Assembly: GCA_963795085.1 (NCBI GenBank)
Contig: CAWCFX010000004.1
Span: 320,001 to 384,000 of the forward strand
DNA from: an uncultured Gemmatimonadales bacterium
Lineage (GTDB): Bacteria > Gemmatimonadota > Gemmatimonadetes > Gemmatimonadales > GWC2-71-9
DNA: 64,000 nt
Direction: 5' to 3'
The position numbers and the translations under genes are program-made. Positions 1 to 10,299 of the stretch are shown one piece after another; positions within the stretch are counted from its first letter, which is position 1; each line of letters opens with the position of its first letter. The notes below the pieces were generated by a model. That model saw nothing but the letters and a program-made list of their open reading frames with translations, did no database searches and had not been told where the DNA came from.

Positions 1-235
1 TGACGGGACGGCGACCGATCCGGTCGCTGAGCCGTCCCCACCACGGAGCCACCAGGAACTGAAGGAACGAAAAGCTTGCCACCAGGGCCCCGATCGCCGT
101 CTCGCTGGTGCTGAACTCGGCGGCATAGGCGGGCAGCAGCGGCAGCACGATCCCGAACCCGATCAGGTCGATCAGGACAATGACAAACAGGATCCGTCCG
201 GCCAGGGGGCCGGTGCGGGGCTCGCGGGGTTTCAA
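1..235 (-). CDS. MFS transporter, TetA/DHA1-like (N-terminal part; runs off the window start)
   Basis: Manual translation from TTG at 235: [37 protein letters not shown]...[13 protein letters not shown]. Contains MFS motif A (GxLSDRxGRRPV) and a TetA-like TM1. Not in the ORF track. Confidence 0.85.
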   Translation of the reverse strand, partial: MKPREPRTGPLAGRILFVIVLIDLIGFGIVLPLLPAYAAEFSTSETAIGALVASFSFLQFLVAPWWGRLSDRIGRRPV

Positions 236-266
236 GGGGTGGCTATCTTCAGGAAGGATCCGGCGG

Positions 267-530
267 TCAGTGGCGGTATGGCTTCTCCGGGGGGGCCTCC
301 GGCGAGGTTCCGCCGCTCACCGCGAGATAGACCGCAGAGCGGCCACAGGCTTTGCAATGGAGGGTGATCCGGCCGGTGTCAGGGCTGTCCGGTTTGGGGT
401 CACGGCGAGGCACCCGGTCGATCTCGGCGGCCCCGCAACTGGGGCACACCAGAGGTTTGTGGTCGCGGTCGGCCGCGATCAGTGTCAGCGCCTCTGCTGC
501 CCTGTATTCCTTGATGCCTCGACGTCCCAC
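267..530 (-). CDS. Small zinc-ribbon protein
   Basis: C-terminal part of ORF 267..725 has CPSC and CKAC pairs. The GTG start at 530 is chosen to avoid overlap with 637..1041; start uncertain. Confidence 0.6.
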   Translation of the reverse strand: MGRRGIKEYRAAEALTLIAADRDHKPLVCPSCGAAEIDRVPRRDPKPDSPDTGRITLHCKACGRSAVYLAVSGGTSPEAPPEKPYRH

Positions 531-636
531 GGTACCGCCCCTTCCAGGCGGGCAGTCGCTTGCAGCCGACCCGCCTTGCCTGAATCTACCCGGAGCACGG
601 CGGCTTCGGCAAATCCTCGGGGGTTGAAACAGAATC

Positions 637-1041
637 ATGAGGATCCTCTTGTTCCTGGTAGTTTGCGCAGGCCCGGGGTTGGCCGCGGTAACCATTGACT
701 CCCGGATCCACACCATCAGGCTCATTGGGAACTCCGAAAACGGAGAGTTCCGTTTCAGCCCGGCCCAGGTAACGGCCAGCCGGGGGGATACGCTGGCCTT
801 CGTCGCCGCCTCGGGTGGTCCCCATTCCCTTGGTCTCGATCCGGCTGGAGTTCCCCCCGCCGCGCAGGAGGCCTGGAACCAGGCCTTTTCCCGGCGGACT
901 GGACGGCTGCGCAGCCCTCTCCTCAGGGACGACCAGGCCTACCAGCTCCAGGTCCCTCGCGGCACTCCACCGGGGAAGTACCGGTTCTTCTGCCTGGCCC
1001 ACCGGGCCTACGATATGCGGCTGGAAGTAGAGGTAAAGTAG
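637..1041 (+). CDS. Secreted blue-copper (plastocyanin/azurin-like cupredoxin) protein
   Basis: Signal peptide, then FxFSP...GDT, PH, and C-terminal YRFFCLAHRAYDM (type-1 copper ligands H, C, H, M). Confidence 0.85.
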   Translation: MRILLFLVVCAGPGLAAVTIDSRIHTIRLIGNSENGEFRFSPAQVTASRGDTLAFVAASGGPHSLGLDPAGVPPAAQEAWNQAFSRRTGRLRSPLLRDDQAYQLQVPRGTPPGKYRFFCLAHRAYDMRLEVEVK

Positions 1042-1110
1042 GCCCCACTGGCCCGCAGGCCCTTCGGCCGGTACATTGGCGGAACCTCATTTATTGAATC
1101 CAAAGGCCTT

Positions 1111-2445
1111 ATGTACAGCATGCGTCCTCTTTTCGTGGCGGGCATGGGTGCCCTGCTGGCGGGGTGTGCCGGCTCGGTCCAGTCTCCGCCGGTGGGACCT
1201 GCCGACGTTGCCGCCCTGGAGGCGGAACGGCAGGAACGGCCCAATGATCCGGCGGTGCTCACCCGCCTGGGGATCGCCTACTACGAGGCCGGGGACCACG
1301 CCCGGTCGCGGGATGTGTTGCGCACCGCGGCGGTGATCGAATCGCAATCCTTTCCCGCGGCCGTCTATCTCGGGCTTGCCTATGAGGAACTGGGAATTCT
1401 CGATTCGGCGCGGGCCAGCTACACCCGGGCCTCGGGGCTCACTCGCTCCTCGCCCCAGCGGGCCGAGATCGGCGACCGCCTCACGCTGCTGACGCGGAAG
1501 GAAATGCAGCAGGATGCCCGGACGGCACTGAGCCAGGAGTCCACGCTGGCGAACACGCCTCCAGTGGAAAACACCATCGCGGTGTTCCCCTTCCGGTACC
1601 GGGGCGCCAACGAAGAACTCCGCCCGTTGGAACGGGGGCTCTCCCACCTGGTCCTGACCGATCTCAGCAAGGTCTCCCGGCTGCGGCTGCTGGAGCGGGA
1701 GCGGGTGCAGTTCCTGCTCGATGAGATGCAACTGGCCGATTCCAACCGGGTCGTGACCTCGACCGGTGCACGGTCGGGACGGATGCTGCGCGCCGCCCGC
1801 GTGGTGCAGGGTTCGCTGCAGGACCAGGCAACCCAGCTCCGGCTCGACGCCAACGTGGTCGATGCCACCAGCTCCACCGTCACCGCCACCGGGGCGGCCA
1901 CCGACCGGCTGCAGCAGCTCTTCGAGGTCGAGAAGCAGGTGGTTCTCCAACTCGTGGAACGGATGGGCATTACCCTGTCCGCGGCCGAGCGCCGCGCGAT
2001 CAGCGAGCGGCCCACCGCCGACCTCCAGGCCTTCCTGGCGTTCAGCCGGGGGCTGGAGGCCGAGGACCGGGGAGACTTCCAGGAAGCGGCGAACCAGTTC
2101 AATGCCGCTCTGCAGCGGGATCCCAATTTCCGGAGCGCGCGGGACAAGCGGGCCCAGAATGTCCGGCTGGCTTCCGCGGTCACGGTGACTGCACCCCAGT
2201 TGGCCGGCATCCAGGAAGGCATAAGCGACCGGCCCGCCCGCCCCGGCAACGAGGCGCCCCGCACGATCACCCTGCGGAATGTCATCAGCGGTTCAGTCCC
2301 CAGTCACGGCGGTCTTATCCAGGCCCAGGTCCCGGGCGGAAGGCCACCGGTCGTCCGGCCGCCGCTGCCTGAGGCGCTGCAGCAGGACGATCCGCGGATT
2401 CCCGGCCTGACCGGTACCGTCATCATTATCATCACGCGCCCATGA
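1111..2445 (+). CDS. Lipoprotein with TPR repeats and a CsgG/TolB-N-like domain
   Basis: Lipobox LAGC; TPR-like LGIAYY / YLGLAYE; IAVFPF...LTDLSKV...LLERE...GRMLRAARVVQGS segment typical of the CsgG/FlgO-like fold. Confidence 0.75.
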   Translation: MYSMRPLFVAGMGALLAGCAGSVQSPPVGPADVAALEAERQERPNDPAVLTRLGIAYYEAGDHARSRDVLRTAAVIESQSFPAAVYLGLAYEELGILDSARASYTRASGLTRSSPQRAEIGDRLTLLTRKEMQQDARTALSQESTLANTPPVENTIAVFPFRYRGANEELRPLERGLSHLVLTDLSKVSRLRLLERERVQFLLDEMQLADSNRVVTSTGARSGRMLRAARVVQGSLQDQATQLRLDANVVDATSSTVTATGAATDRLQQLFEVEKQVVLQLVERMGITLSAAERRAISERPTADLQAFLAFSRGLEAEDRGDFQEAANQFNAALQRDPNFRSARDKRAQNVRLASAVTVTAPQLAGIQEGISDRPARPGNEAPRTITLRNVISGSVPSHGGLIQAQVPGGRPPVVRPPLPEALQQDDPRIPGLTGTVIIIITRP

Positions 2446-3539
2446 GACCCATCATGCGATCCGCCTTGGTCCTCGTTCCGGTCCTGCTGGCCACTGGCCC
2501 GCTCGCGGCCCAGGAGAACATGGTCAGCAGCCGGTCGGTCATAACCGGCGTGCAGGCGCGGAGCTACTCCATCGAGGACGGCACCGAGACCCGGCAGTTC
2601 GCGTTCCCCATCGCGATCGCGATGCCGGTGACCGACCGGCTGTCGGTCGATATCGGCGCGTATTACGCCAGCACGGAATCCGGAGATCGGACGCTCTCCG
2701 GGATGACCGACACCCAGGTGCGGGGCTCCTACGTGTTCGGCCGGGACGCCCTGGTGGCGACCATCATGGTCAACCTGCCCACCGGCAAGACCCAGGCGTT
2801 CGACCAGACCGCCACCAGCGGTGCCGCGGCCGCGAACTTCCTGTCCTTTCCGGTGAACGCCTATCGCACCGGCACTGCGGTTACCGGGGGACTGGCTGCG
2901 GCCACCGCGCTGGGTTCCTGGAACATCGGCCTGGCGGGAAGTGTCCGGTACAGCGGGGAATACGAGCCCTTCAACGACATCGACACCCGCTATTCCCCGG
3001 GCACCGAAGCCCGCCTCAAGCTGGGGATGGACCGCCTGCTGGGCTCCTCTCGCCTGAACGCCGGATTTACGTTCAGTACCTTTGGCAACGACAATTTCGA
3101 GGACCTCGGTGGCGGTGGGTCGGGGCAGTATCAGCCTGGCAACCGGTTTATCGGGGAATTGTCGCTTGCGTTCCTGGCGGGCAACGGCAGCATCACCGGG
3201 TACGTCTGGGACTATTACCGGGCCAACGCGGGCGGGTCGGCGGCCGCCAACAGCGAGAATATCCTCTCCATCGGGGCGAGCGGCTCCTGGCCCATCGGCG
3301 GCAGCATGCGGCTGGAGCCGTTGGCCGAGGTCCGGTTCTGGTCTCCCGAAAACGGTAACGGAAGGCTGTTTGGCGCGGGTGCCGCCCTCCAGATCCCGGT
3401 CGGCGAGCGGTTTACTCTCTCCCCCTCGGGGCGCTTCGATTTTGGAAGCACCCAGTTTCCTGATCCACCGATCAGCGATGGCAGCAAGCACGACATTACC
3501 GGCTGGGGTTTTTCGGTGCTTCTACGGTATGGTTGGTAG
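2442..3539 (+). CDS. Putative outer-membrane beta-barrel protein
   Basis: Signal peptide ending PLAA-Q, alternating amphipathic strands, C-terminal aromatic (LRYGW); ATGA overlap with the upstream gene. Confidence 0.7.
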   Translation: MRPIMRSALVLVPVLLATGPLAAQENMVSSRSVITGVQARSYSIEDGTETRQFAFPIAIAMPVTDRLSVDIGAYYASTESGDRTLSGMTDTQVRGSYVFGRDALVATIMVNLPTGKTQAFDQTATSGAAAANFLSFPVNAYRTGTAVTGGLAAATALGSWNIGLAGSVRYSGEYEPFNDIDTRYSPGTEARLKLGMDRLLGSSRLNAGFTFSTFGNDNFEDLGGGGSGQYQPGNRFIGELSLAFLAGNGSITGYVWDYYRANAGGSAAANSENILSIGASGSWPIGGSMRLEPLAEVRFWSPENGNGRLFGAGAALQIPVGERFTLSPSGRFDFGSTQFPDPPISDGSKHDITGWGFSVLLRYGW

Positions 3540-3619
3540 GTCTCGTGTAAGCAGCCATACAATAATGAGTTAGGCCAGCCCTACGGGGCTCTGAAGGGGC
3601 CTCCCGGTGGCTCACTCGC

Positions 3620-3648
3620 TTGACGCCACCGGGGGGCCCTTGTACGTT
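3620..3648 (+). promoter_or_regulatory. sigma70-like promoter for 3716..4111
   Basis: TTGACG-17 bp-TACGTT, overlapping a GC-rich inverted repeat (~3597-3640). Confidence 0.5.
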
Positions 3649-3715
3649 GCCGCCGGTTCGGGGGGTCCCCCCCGGGACCGGATCCGGCCGCTGTGGCCCC
3701 TCCGGCGGTTAGTGG

Positions 3716-4111
3716 ATGTCCCATGGAGGCAGACCCGTGACGGATCTTGGCGGCTCCCAGATTTCGACCCTGCTCGAAACGCTGCCGGGTATTGCCCACG
3801 TTCTGCGCAGCCCGGTGGCCGATGCCCTCGTCAACGTCATCCGGGCAGCGGCCCGGGTGGGGGAATTTTCAGCCTCCGATGCCGAAGAACTGATCAAATA
3901 CGCAACGAGGCGAGGGTTGGTGGCGCAGGATGAGGGGGACAGGGTACTGGCGGAGGTTCACGAGGCCCAGAAGCGGAAGCAGGACAAGGCCGCGGAGCGG
4001 GTCAAGGCCTCGAAGAGCCGGCCCAAGCCCAAGCCGAAACCCAAGCCAACGCCCAAGGCCAAAGTGGTGAGGAAGCCGCCCAAGGCCGCGGCAAAGACCA
4101 AGCGGCGTTAA
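3716..4111 (+). CDS. Hypothetical protein with Lys/Pro-rich basic C-terminal tail
   Basis: Helical N-terminal part, then RPKPKPKPKPTPKAKVVRKPPKAAAKTKRR; followed by a terminator. Start uncertain. Confidence 0.7.
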   Translation: MSHGGRPVTDLGGSQISTLLETLPGIAHVLRSPVADALVNVIRAAARVGEFSASDAEELIKYATRRGLVAQDEGDRVLAEVHEAQKRKQDKAAERVKASKSRPKPKPKPKPTPKAKVVRKPPKAAAKTKRR

Positions 4112-4145
4112 AGGGGGGCCCGGGAAGAATTCCCGGGCCCTTTTC
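4111..4145. terminator. Probable bidirectional intrinsic terminator
   Basis: gggcccgggaa-gaa-ttcccgggccc hairpin flanked by A and T runs between convergent genes. Confidence 0.75.
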
Positions 4146-5838
4146 AGGTGCGGAAGTCCGCCACCAGGGCCGTCAGACGATTGGCGCCCGATAACAACTC
4201 GCTCGCCGCCGCCGCCATCTCTTCGGTGGCGGCGTTCTGCTGCTCGGCCGCGGCCGTTACCGATTCACTGGACGCGGCGTGCTCGGAGGCCGCTTGCGCG
4301 GCCTGGGTGGTCGTCGCGGCGAGTTCGTCCACGATGGTCCGGTTGAGCGTAGCTTCCTGCTCTACCTGGGCGGCGGCCATCTGGATCTCCTGCACCGCCT
4401 GGGCGATCTCCTCCAGGCCCCGGGCCGCCGCCTCCGCCACATGCTCAATGCCCTCCACCTTGCCGCTGCCTATCTCCATGGTGGCGGAGGTCTCCCGCAC
4501 CTGGGTGAGCAGGACCTGGACGGTCTTGGTAACGTCCTCGGCGGCGCGAGCGCTGGAGTCGGCGAGGTTGCGGACCTCCTCGGCGACCACCGCGAACCCG
4601 CGCCCCTGTTCCCCCGCGCGAGCCGCTTCGATGGCGGCGTTGAGCGCCAGCAGGTTGGTCTGGGAAGAAATCTGCTTGATGAGGTCGATGAAGGCGGTGA
4701 TCGACGCGGATAACTGGGCCAGCTGCCGGACCTGGGAGGCGGAGGTGCGGACGACCTCGCGGACGTCCAGCAGGGTGCGCCGCGCCGCGTCGACGTCGCC
4801 ACGGTGCTGGGCGGCGACCCTGCGGATATCCTCGCCGACCCGGACCACCCGGCTGGCCGCCTCGCCGGTCGTGACCGAGGCCTGGCGCAGTTCTCCCAGT
4901 GCCTTGCCGGCCTTGTCCATGCCGCGGACCTGGGATTCGGCGCTGGTAGAAACTTTCACCATGGCGGTGGAGATCTCGTGGCCGCTCGCGGCAAGCTCCT
5001 CGCTCATGGCGGAAAACTCCCCGGCGCTGGTTCCGATCTGCTCCGCCTCTCTGATGACTTCCGACACCACGGTGCGGAGCCGGGCGCCGGTGGAGTCGAG
5101 CGTCATCGCCAGCTGGTTGAGTTCGGTGGGCATGTCGCCCAGCTGCACCGGCCGGAGGTCGCCGGCGCCGAACCGTTCGGCGGACCCGACCAGCCGGCGG
5201 AGCGGCACGTTGACCGACTGCCGGGTAATGAAGATGGTCGCCAGGCCGCCGGCGATGATGCAGAGGATGATGAGGCCCAGCACGATCTCGGCCCGGGACG
5301 CCTGGCCTCGCAGCATCTCGGCGCGAGCCATCGCGTCCTTGGCCTGGCCGCTGGTGAGGCCGCGGACCAGGTGAACCAGGCTGTCGGCCGGGACGTGCGC
5401 GGCGCGGGCCTGGGCCAGGGCGGCGTCGGGGCGGCCGACATCGGCCAGCGCGTGAGCCAGCGCGTAGGCGACTTCGATCTCGGCCTGCCGGGTGGCGATC
5501 CGGTTGAGGGTTACCCGTTCGTCGTTGGTCAGGCTCCGGAGATCGCGGAATCGGCGCTGCGCCGCATAGGCGGAATCACCATCGGCGATGAACTCGGACT
5601 TGAGCTCCTCCGACGGGGTGAGCAGGTATTGCTGGGCGGCCCGGATCTCGCCGATGACCGAGGCCACCAGTGCGCTCCCAACGTCGGTCTCCTGGGCGAG
5701 ATTGGTCAGCTCGTCGTCGGCGGAGCGACCCAGCGACTGGATCGAGGAATAGCTGATCCACCCCACGACGAGGACAAGCGCCAGCAACGCGAACATTGCG
5801 ATGCTGATCCGGTTGGTCAGGCCCCTGAAGAAATTCAC
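4144..5838 (-). CDS. Methyl-accepting chemotaxis protein
   Basis: Two TM segments, periplasmic domain, HAMP, and the signature [37 protein letters not shown]. Confidence 0.95.
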   Translation of the reverse strand: MNFFRGLTNRISIAMFALLALVLVVGWISYSSIQSLGRSADDELTNLAQETDVGSALVASVIGEIRAAQQYLLTPSEELKSEFIADGDSAYAAQRRFRDLRSLTNDERVTLNRIATRQAEIEVAYALAHALADVGRPDAALAQARAAHVPADSLVHLVRGLTSGQAKDAMARAEMLRGQASRAEIVLGLIILCIIAGGLATIFITRQSVNVPLRRLVGSAERFGAGDLRPVQLGDMPTELNQLAMTLDSTGARLRTVVSEVIREAEQIGTSAGEFSAMSEELAASGHEISTAMVKVSTSAESQVRGMDKAGKALGELRQASVTTGEAASRVVRVGEDIRRVAAQHRGDVDAARRTLLDVREVVRTSASQVRQLAQLSASITAFIDLIKQISSQTNLLALNAAIEAARAGEQGRGFAVVAEEVRNLADSSARAAEDVTKTVQVLLTQVRETSATMEIGSGKVEGIEHVAEAAARGLEEIAQAVQEIQMAAAQVEQEATLNRTIVDELAATTTQAAQAASEHAASSESVTAAAEQQNAATEEMAAAASELLSGANRLTALVADFRT

Positions 5839-6950
5839 TGCTCCTCCGCTGGTCTCAGCATGCCATTGCGCACGACACCGATCTGGATGTCGAGTTGGGG
5901 GACATCGCCGTTCTCGTCAAACCCGATGGCGCCGGTCACCCCCTGGAACGCCGGCGTCCCCCGCCCGATGTCGGCGACGGCGTCGCGGAGCGCCCGGCGG
6001 TCCGGCCCGGCCCGGAGCAAGGCATCCCGGAGGAGATAGACGATGTCATACGTGGCGGCCGCGGAGTAATCCACCGGGTTGCCCAGCGGGTGCCGGGCCC
6101 GGTAGGCCTCCAGGAATTTCCGGTTGGCCTCGGTGTTCATGGTGGGCAGGTAGACCGTGCTGGCGTAGATCCCCTCCGTGAAGGCGCCCATGTCCTCCAT
6201 GCCGTCAAAGCCGTCCCCGCCCATGATGGGAAGCCGGATGGCCCGGTCCCGGATCTGCCGTACCACCACGGCACCTTCATCGATGTTGGCGGCGACCACG
6301 ATGAACTCGGCCCCGCTTCGGACGGCGCGGTCGAGGTACGGCCCGACCTGGGGAGCCTCCTCGAGGAAGGGGTCCACGTCGGTCACCGTTCCGCCCAGCC
6401 GGCGAAACTCCTCGCTAAAAGTCCGCCGGATGCCCCGTCCGTAATCGTTGTTCACATAGAGCACCACGCCCCGGCCGAGCCCCAGCGACGTGCGGGCAAA
6501 CCGGGCCAGCGCCCCGCCGTACTGGAGGTCGCTGGGGCAGACGCGGAAAGTGTAGTCACCCGCCAGCGTAATGCTCGGCGACGTGGCCGACTGAGAGATC
6601 TGCAGCACCGGTTCCCGGGGGTCGTTATAGACCGGCGCGGACGCGAGCGTGGTACTGGAGTAGATGTGTCCGATCACGGCGACGACGCCGGAGTCCACCA
6701 GCATGGAGGCAACCCGCACGGCGGAATCGGCGTCGCCGCCATCCTCCAGGACCACCAGCCGGAGGGGCTGACCCCGGATGCCGCCCTGCCGGTTGATCTC
6801 TTCGACCGCGAGTTCCGCGGTGTGCAGCGAAGGGGCGACCGTCGAATCGGCGAGGGGACCGCCGCCCCAGCCGATCAGGATGGGTTCGGCGGCATCGCCG
6901 CACCCGTACAGGGTCGCGACGACCAGCAGCAGGCAGGCGCGCCCAATCAT
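5835..6950 (-). CDS. LivJ/LivK-type periplasmic binding lipoprotein
   Basis: Lipobox [41 protein letters not shown] at 6950 chosen; GTGA overlap with the MCP start. Confidence 0.9.
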   Translation of the reverse strand: MIGRACLLLVVATLYGCGDAAEPILIGWGGGPLADSTVAPSLHTAELAVEEINRQGGIRGQPLRLVVLEDGGDADSAVRVASMLVDSGVVAVIGHIYSSTTLASAPVYNDPREPVLQISQSATSPSITLAGDYTFRVCPSDLQYGGALARFARTSLGLGRGVVLYVNNDYGRGIRRTFSEEFRRLGGTVTDVDPFLEEAPQVGPYLDRAVRSGAEFIVVAANIDEGAVVVRQIRDRAIRLPIMGGDGFDGMEDMGAFTEGIYASTVYLPTMNTEANRKFLEAYRARHPLGNPVDYSAAATYDIVYLLRDALLRAGPDRRALRDAVADIGRGTPAFQGVTGAIGFDENGDVPQLDIQIGVVRNGMLRPAEEQ

Positions 6951-7217
6951 GCGCAGGGACGCACCTGATCCGGGACGCTGATCGATGTAATGGGGCAGAG
7001 TTCTATGATTCAAGGCTACGCGACATGATACGGACGTCCTTGGACTCTCATGGCCGAGGTTCTGGCTGGGTACCCCTGAATCTGAGCCTCATATTTTCTA
7101 TGGGGCGTGGGCCAGCGCGGGGAGAAACCCTTCTGCCGGCGGGTCTTCGTCGTTGCGGAAGTTGGGATGCAAACGTTAGTCATTTTCGACGGTCTGCGCA
7201 ACAAAAAAACGGCCGAA

Positions 7218-7772
7218 CTAGGGCGTGCGGGGCCGCCGCTGGGCGCCCCAGCCGTCGAGGACCCTTCCATCGACCAGGCTTACGGAGGCGGTGGTGCCGC
7301 CCTGCTCGCGGCGCCAGGTCAGCCTGATCATGCGGCCGCGGCGCACCCACTGCATCATGCGCTGGGGCCCCTGGACCTGGGTGGGCACGGCGCCGTAGCG
7401 GCGCTCGAGATCGTGCCGCCACCGCTCCAGTTGCGTGACGGAGCCGGCATGGGTGAAGGTGACGATGCCGGCCACGCTGTCGATGGCGCTGAGCCAGAGT
7501 TCGACGGCATTCCCGGTCACGCTGTCGGTGAAGCGGCCCCGGCAATCCTGGACCGAGCGGTCCTGGCGGGAGCCGACACAGCGGAGAGGGCGGCCTCCCA
7601 TGGTCCGGATCCGGTGGGCCAGGGGGTCGAGGGAAGGGCCCGCGGGAACGTCGTAGAGGGAAAGCGGGGTGGTATCACGCATGACTACCTGCGAGGCGGC
7701 GGCCTGCGGAAACATCGCCAGCGCCAGCAGGAGGGGCGCGACCGCCGCGCCCCGGCGCTGGTGCTGGTTCAC
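7218..7772 (-). CDS. Secreted hypothetical protein
   Basis: Signal-peptide-like N-terminus (LLLALAMFPQAAASQ); two Cys. Confidence 0.6.
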   Translation of the reverse strand: MNQHQRRGAAVAPLLLALAMFPQAAASQVVMRDTTPLSLYDVPAGPSLDPLAHRIRTMGGRPLRCVGSRQDRSVQDCRGRFTDSVTGNAVELWLSAIDSVAGIVTFTHAGSVTQLERWRHDLERRYGAVPTQVQGPQRMMQWVRRGRMIRLTWRREQGGTTASVSLVDGRVLDGWGAQRRPRTP

Positions 7773-7807
7773 TGTCGTCGTTTCGGGAGGAAAGTGCGAG
7801 GCGCCGT

Positions 7808-8008
7808 TCAGGCCTTGCGGACGTTGGAGGCCTGGAGGCCCTTGGGTCCTTCAACGATGTCGAATTCCACGCTGTCGCCCTCGGCAAGCGACCGGAATCC
7901 TTCGGCCACGATCGCGGTGTGATGCACGAACACGTCCTTGCCGCCATCCTGCGCGATGAAGCCAAACCCCTTGGCATCGTTGAACCACTTCACTGTGCCC
8001 TTCGCCAT
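7808..8008 (-). CDS. cspA: Cold-shock domain protein
   Basis: [18 protein letters not shown]...DVFVHH (RNP1/RNP2 motifs); GAGGT SD before ATG at 8008. Paralogue identity is uncertain. Confidence 0.95.
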   Translation of the reverse strand: MAKGTVKWFNDAKGFGFIAQDGGKDVFVHHTAIVAEGFRSLAEGDSVEFDIVEGPKGLQASNVRKA

Positions 8009-8246
8009 CGCAAGACCTCTTCGGAAGGGGAGCGCCAGGCTCCGGAATTGCCTAGCCATCGTCGGCTAGCAGAAAAAAAGCCGGCCGGAGGGGAACTCCG
8101 GGCGGCCACTTACTGCCTAAGCGGAATACATCGGGAAAACACCGAGCCATACGGCGGACATGGTTGAAAACTCTGATTTGCCAGGAGTTTTGTCAATACT
8201 GGGGCCGGTTTAGATTAATGGCTTCCGCCCATAACCCGAGGGATCC

Positions 8247-10241
8247 ATGCTCTCTCTTCTCATGGCGCTGGCAGCTCTGCAGCAGCCCGCAACGCCGCCC
8301 TCCCCGGCCCGGCCGGTTCTCCAGGCTTCCCTCATCGCGCGGGTGGCCGTTCAGCCGGCGGAGGCGGCCGTCCAGGCCAACGACACGATCCGCCTGACCG
8401 CGATCGCCTACGATTCCGCGGGCCGCGCCCTGCCCGACACCCGGGTGATCTGGAACATCTCGGGCGGGATGTTCGAAGGCCGGGTCGACTCCACCGGTCT
8501 CGTCACCGGCGGATCCCCCGGAACATTGACGATTTCCGCCATGGTGCGGCCCCTCGGGGGCGGCCGCGGCGGCGTGGCCACGGCCCGGGTCACGGTGCTC
8601 CCCTCGCCGGCCGCCCGGATCGAGGTGTCCCCGTCCGTGCGCCAGATGATGGTCGGGCAGGTGCTGGCGCTGACCGCCGACCCCTACGCGGCGAATCACG
8701 ATCGCCGATACGACCCGGTCTCCTGGAGTGCGGACCGCCCCGCCGTCCTGGCGGTGGACAGCACCGGGCTCCTGACCGCGAAGGCACCGGGCCGCGCCAT
8801 TATTACGGCCCGGGCCGGCCAGGCCAGCTATTCCGCGACCGTGACCGTGGTCCCCAACCTGGTGACCGCTGTCGAACTCTCTCCCTCGAGCGCGGCGGTG
8901 CGGGCCGGCGACGTCGTCCGGTTCGAGTTTCTCGCCCGCACCAGCGCGGGACGCGCGGTGGCCGACCTGCGGCCCCAATGGTTCATCGCTCCCGGGAGCG
9001 GGCTGGTGGATCACGACGGTGGGTTCGTGGCCGACGTGCCGGGCACCTACCGGGTGATGGCCAGTTTCGCCGGCCGAACGGCGGAAGCCGTCGTCACCGT
9101 GCGCCCGCGGGACGCGGCCCGCCCCGCCACCGTGGTGGGCCGGCTGCCGCTCAAGGTGCAGGCGGCGGAGTTCTGGCTCCATCCCGATGGCCGACACGGG
9201 TATCTCACCACCCTGTCCGACCGGATCTACGCCCTGGACGTCAGCGATCCGGCCGCGCCCGTGATCACCGACTCGGTGATGGTGGACGCCCGGGTCATCA
9301 ATGACCTGATGACGACCGAGGACGGCAAGTTCGGCGTGGTCACCCGGGAGGGCGCGTCCACCCGGAAGAACGGGATCGTCGTGCTCTCCTTCGAGGACCC
9401 GGCTCACCCGAGGGCCATCGCCGAGTTTACCGAGACCGTCTCCGGAGGCGTGCACAGCACGTTCATCTACCGCGGCTACGTGTACCTGACCGACGACGCC
9501 ACCGGCTCGATGCGGGTGATCGACCTTCGCGATCCGTACCAGCCCCGGCAGGTGGCCCGTTGGGAGACGCCCCGCACCGAAGCGGGCCGGATGCTGCACG
9601 ACATCGACGTGCAGGACGGGCTGGCCTATCTGTCCTACTGGAACGACGGCCTGGTGATCCTCGACGTCGGCAACGGCATCAAGGGCGGGAGCCCGGAGAA
9701 CCCCCAGCTCGTTTCCCAGTACAAGTACGATCTCAATGCCCTCTACCGCGAAGTCGAAGCCATCGGCGGTCCCGGCTTCATCCGTGGTACCCATACCGCC
9801 TGGCGGGCCGGCCGCTACGTGTTCGTCGGTGACGAAGTCTTCAGTGCCCGCCCGGTGGCCGGGGGGGTGATCGGGCTGGGGCGCGCCTATGGGCGGCTGC
9901 ACGTGGTGGACGTCTCCGATATCCTGAATCCCCGGGGGGTCGCCTACTACGAGCCCCGGGACGGCGGGACCCACAACGTCTGGGTGGCGGGAGACACCCT
10001 GTATCTGGGCGATTACCAGGGGGGCCTCCGGGTGCTGGATATCTCGGGTGAGCTCCGCGGCGACCTGCTCCGGCAGGGCCGGGAAATCGCCCACGTCCAT
10101 ACCGGCGATCCCAAGGGGGTTACCCCCAACTCCGCCAACGCCTGGGGCGCGATCTACCGGAACGGGTATGTCTACGTGCCTGACATGAATTCGGGGCTGT
10201 GGATCGTCCGGATCGAGTCCCAGTCCGCGCTGACCCCGTAG
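8247..10241 (+). CDS. Secreted protein with Ig-like (Big_2) domains and LVIVD-repeat beta-propeller
   Basis: Signal peptide; VDSTGLVT/VDSTGLLT Ig-like repeats; repeated ALDVSDP, VIDLRDP, LVILDV, LHVVDVSD, LRVLDIS. Confidence 0.85.
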   Translation: MLSLLMALAALQQPATPPSPARPVLQASLIARVAVQPAEAAVQANDTIRLTAIAYDSAGRALPDTRVIWNISGGMFEGRVDSTGLVTGGSPGTLTISAMVRPLGGGRGGVATARVTVLPSPAARIEVSPSVRQMMVGQVLALTADPYAANHDRRYDPVSWSADRPAVLAVDSTGLLTAKAPGRAIITARAGQASYSATVTVVPNLVTAVELSPSSAAVRAGDVVRFEFLARTSAGRAVADLRPQWFIAPGSGLVDHDGGFVADVPGTYRVMASFAGRTAEAVVTVRPRDAARPATVVGRLPLKVQAAEFWLHPDGRHGYLTTLSDRIYALDVSDPAAPVITDSVMVDARVINDLMTTEDGKFGVVTREGASTRKNGIVVLSFEDPAHPRAIAEFTETVSGGVHSTFIYRGYVYLTDDATGSMRVIDLRDPYQPRQVARWETPRTEAGRMLHDIDVQDGLAYLSYWNDGLVILDVGNGIKGGSPENPQLVSQYKYDLNALYREVEAIGGPGFIRGTHTAWRAGRYVFVGDEVFSARPVAGGVIGLGRAYGRLHVVDVSDILNPRGVAYYEPRDGGTHNVWVAGDTLYLGDYQGGLRVLDISGELRGDLLRQGREIAHVHTGDPKGVTPNSANAWGAIYRNGYVYVPDMNSGLWIVRIESQSALTP

Positions 10242-10299
10242 CCCTGTATCAGGGTCGCCACACTACCCAGAGGCCTCCGGGGGGAATAGCTTCCGTCCC

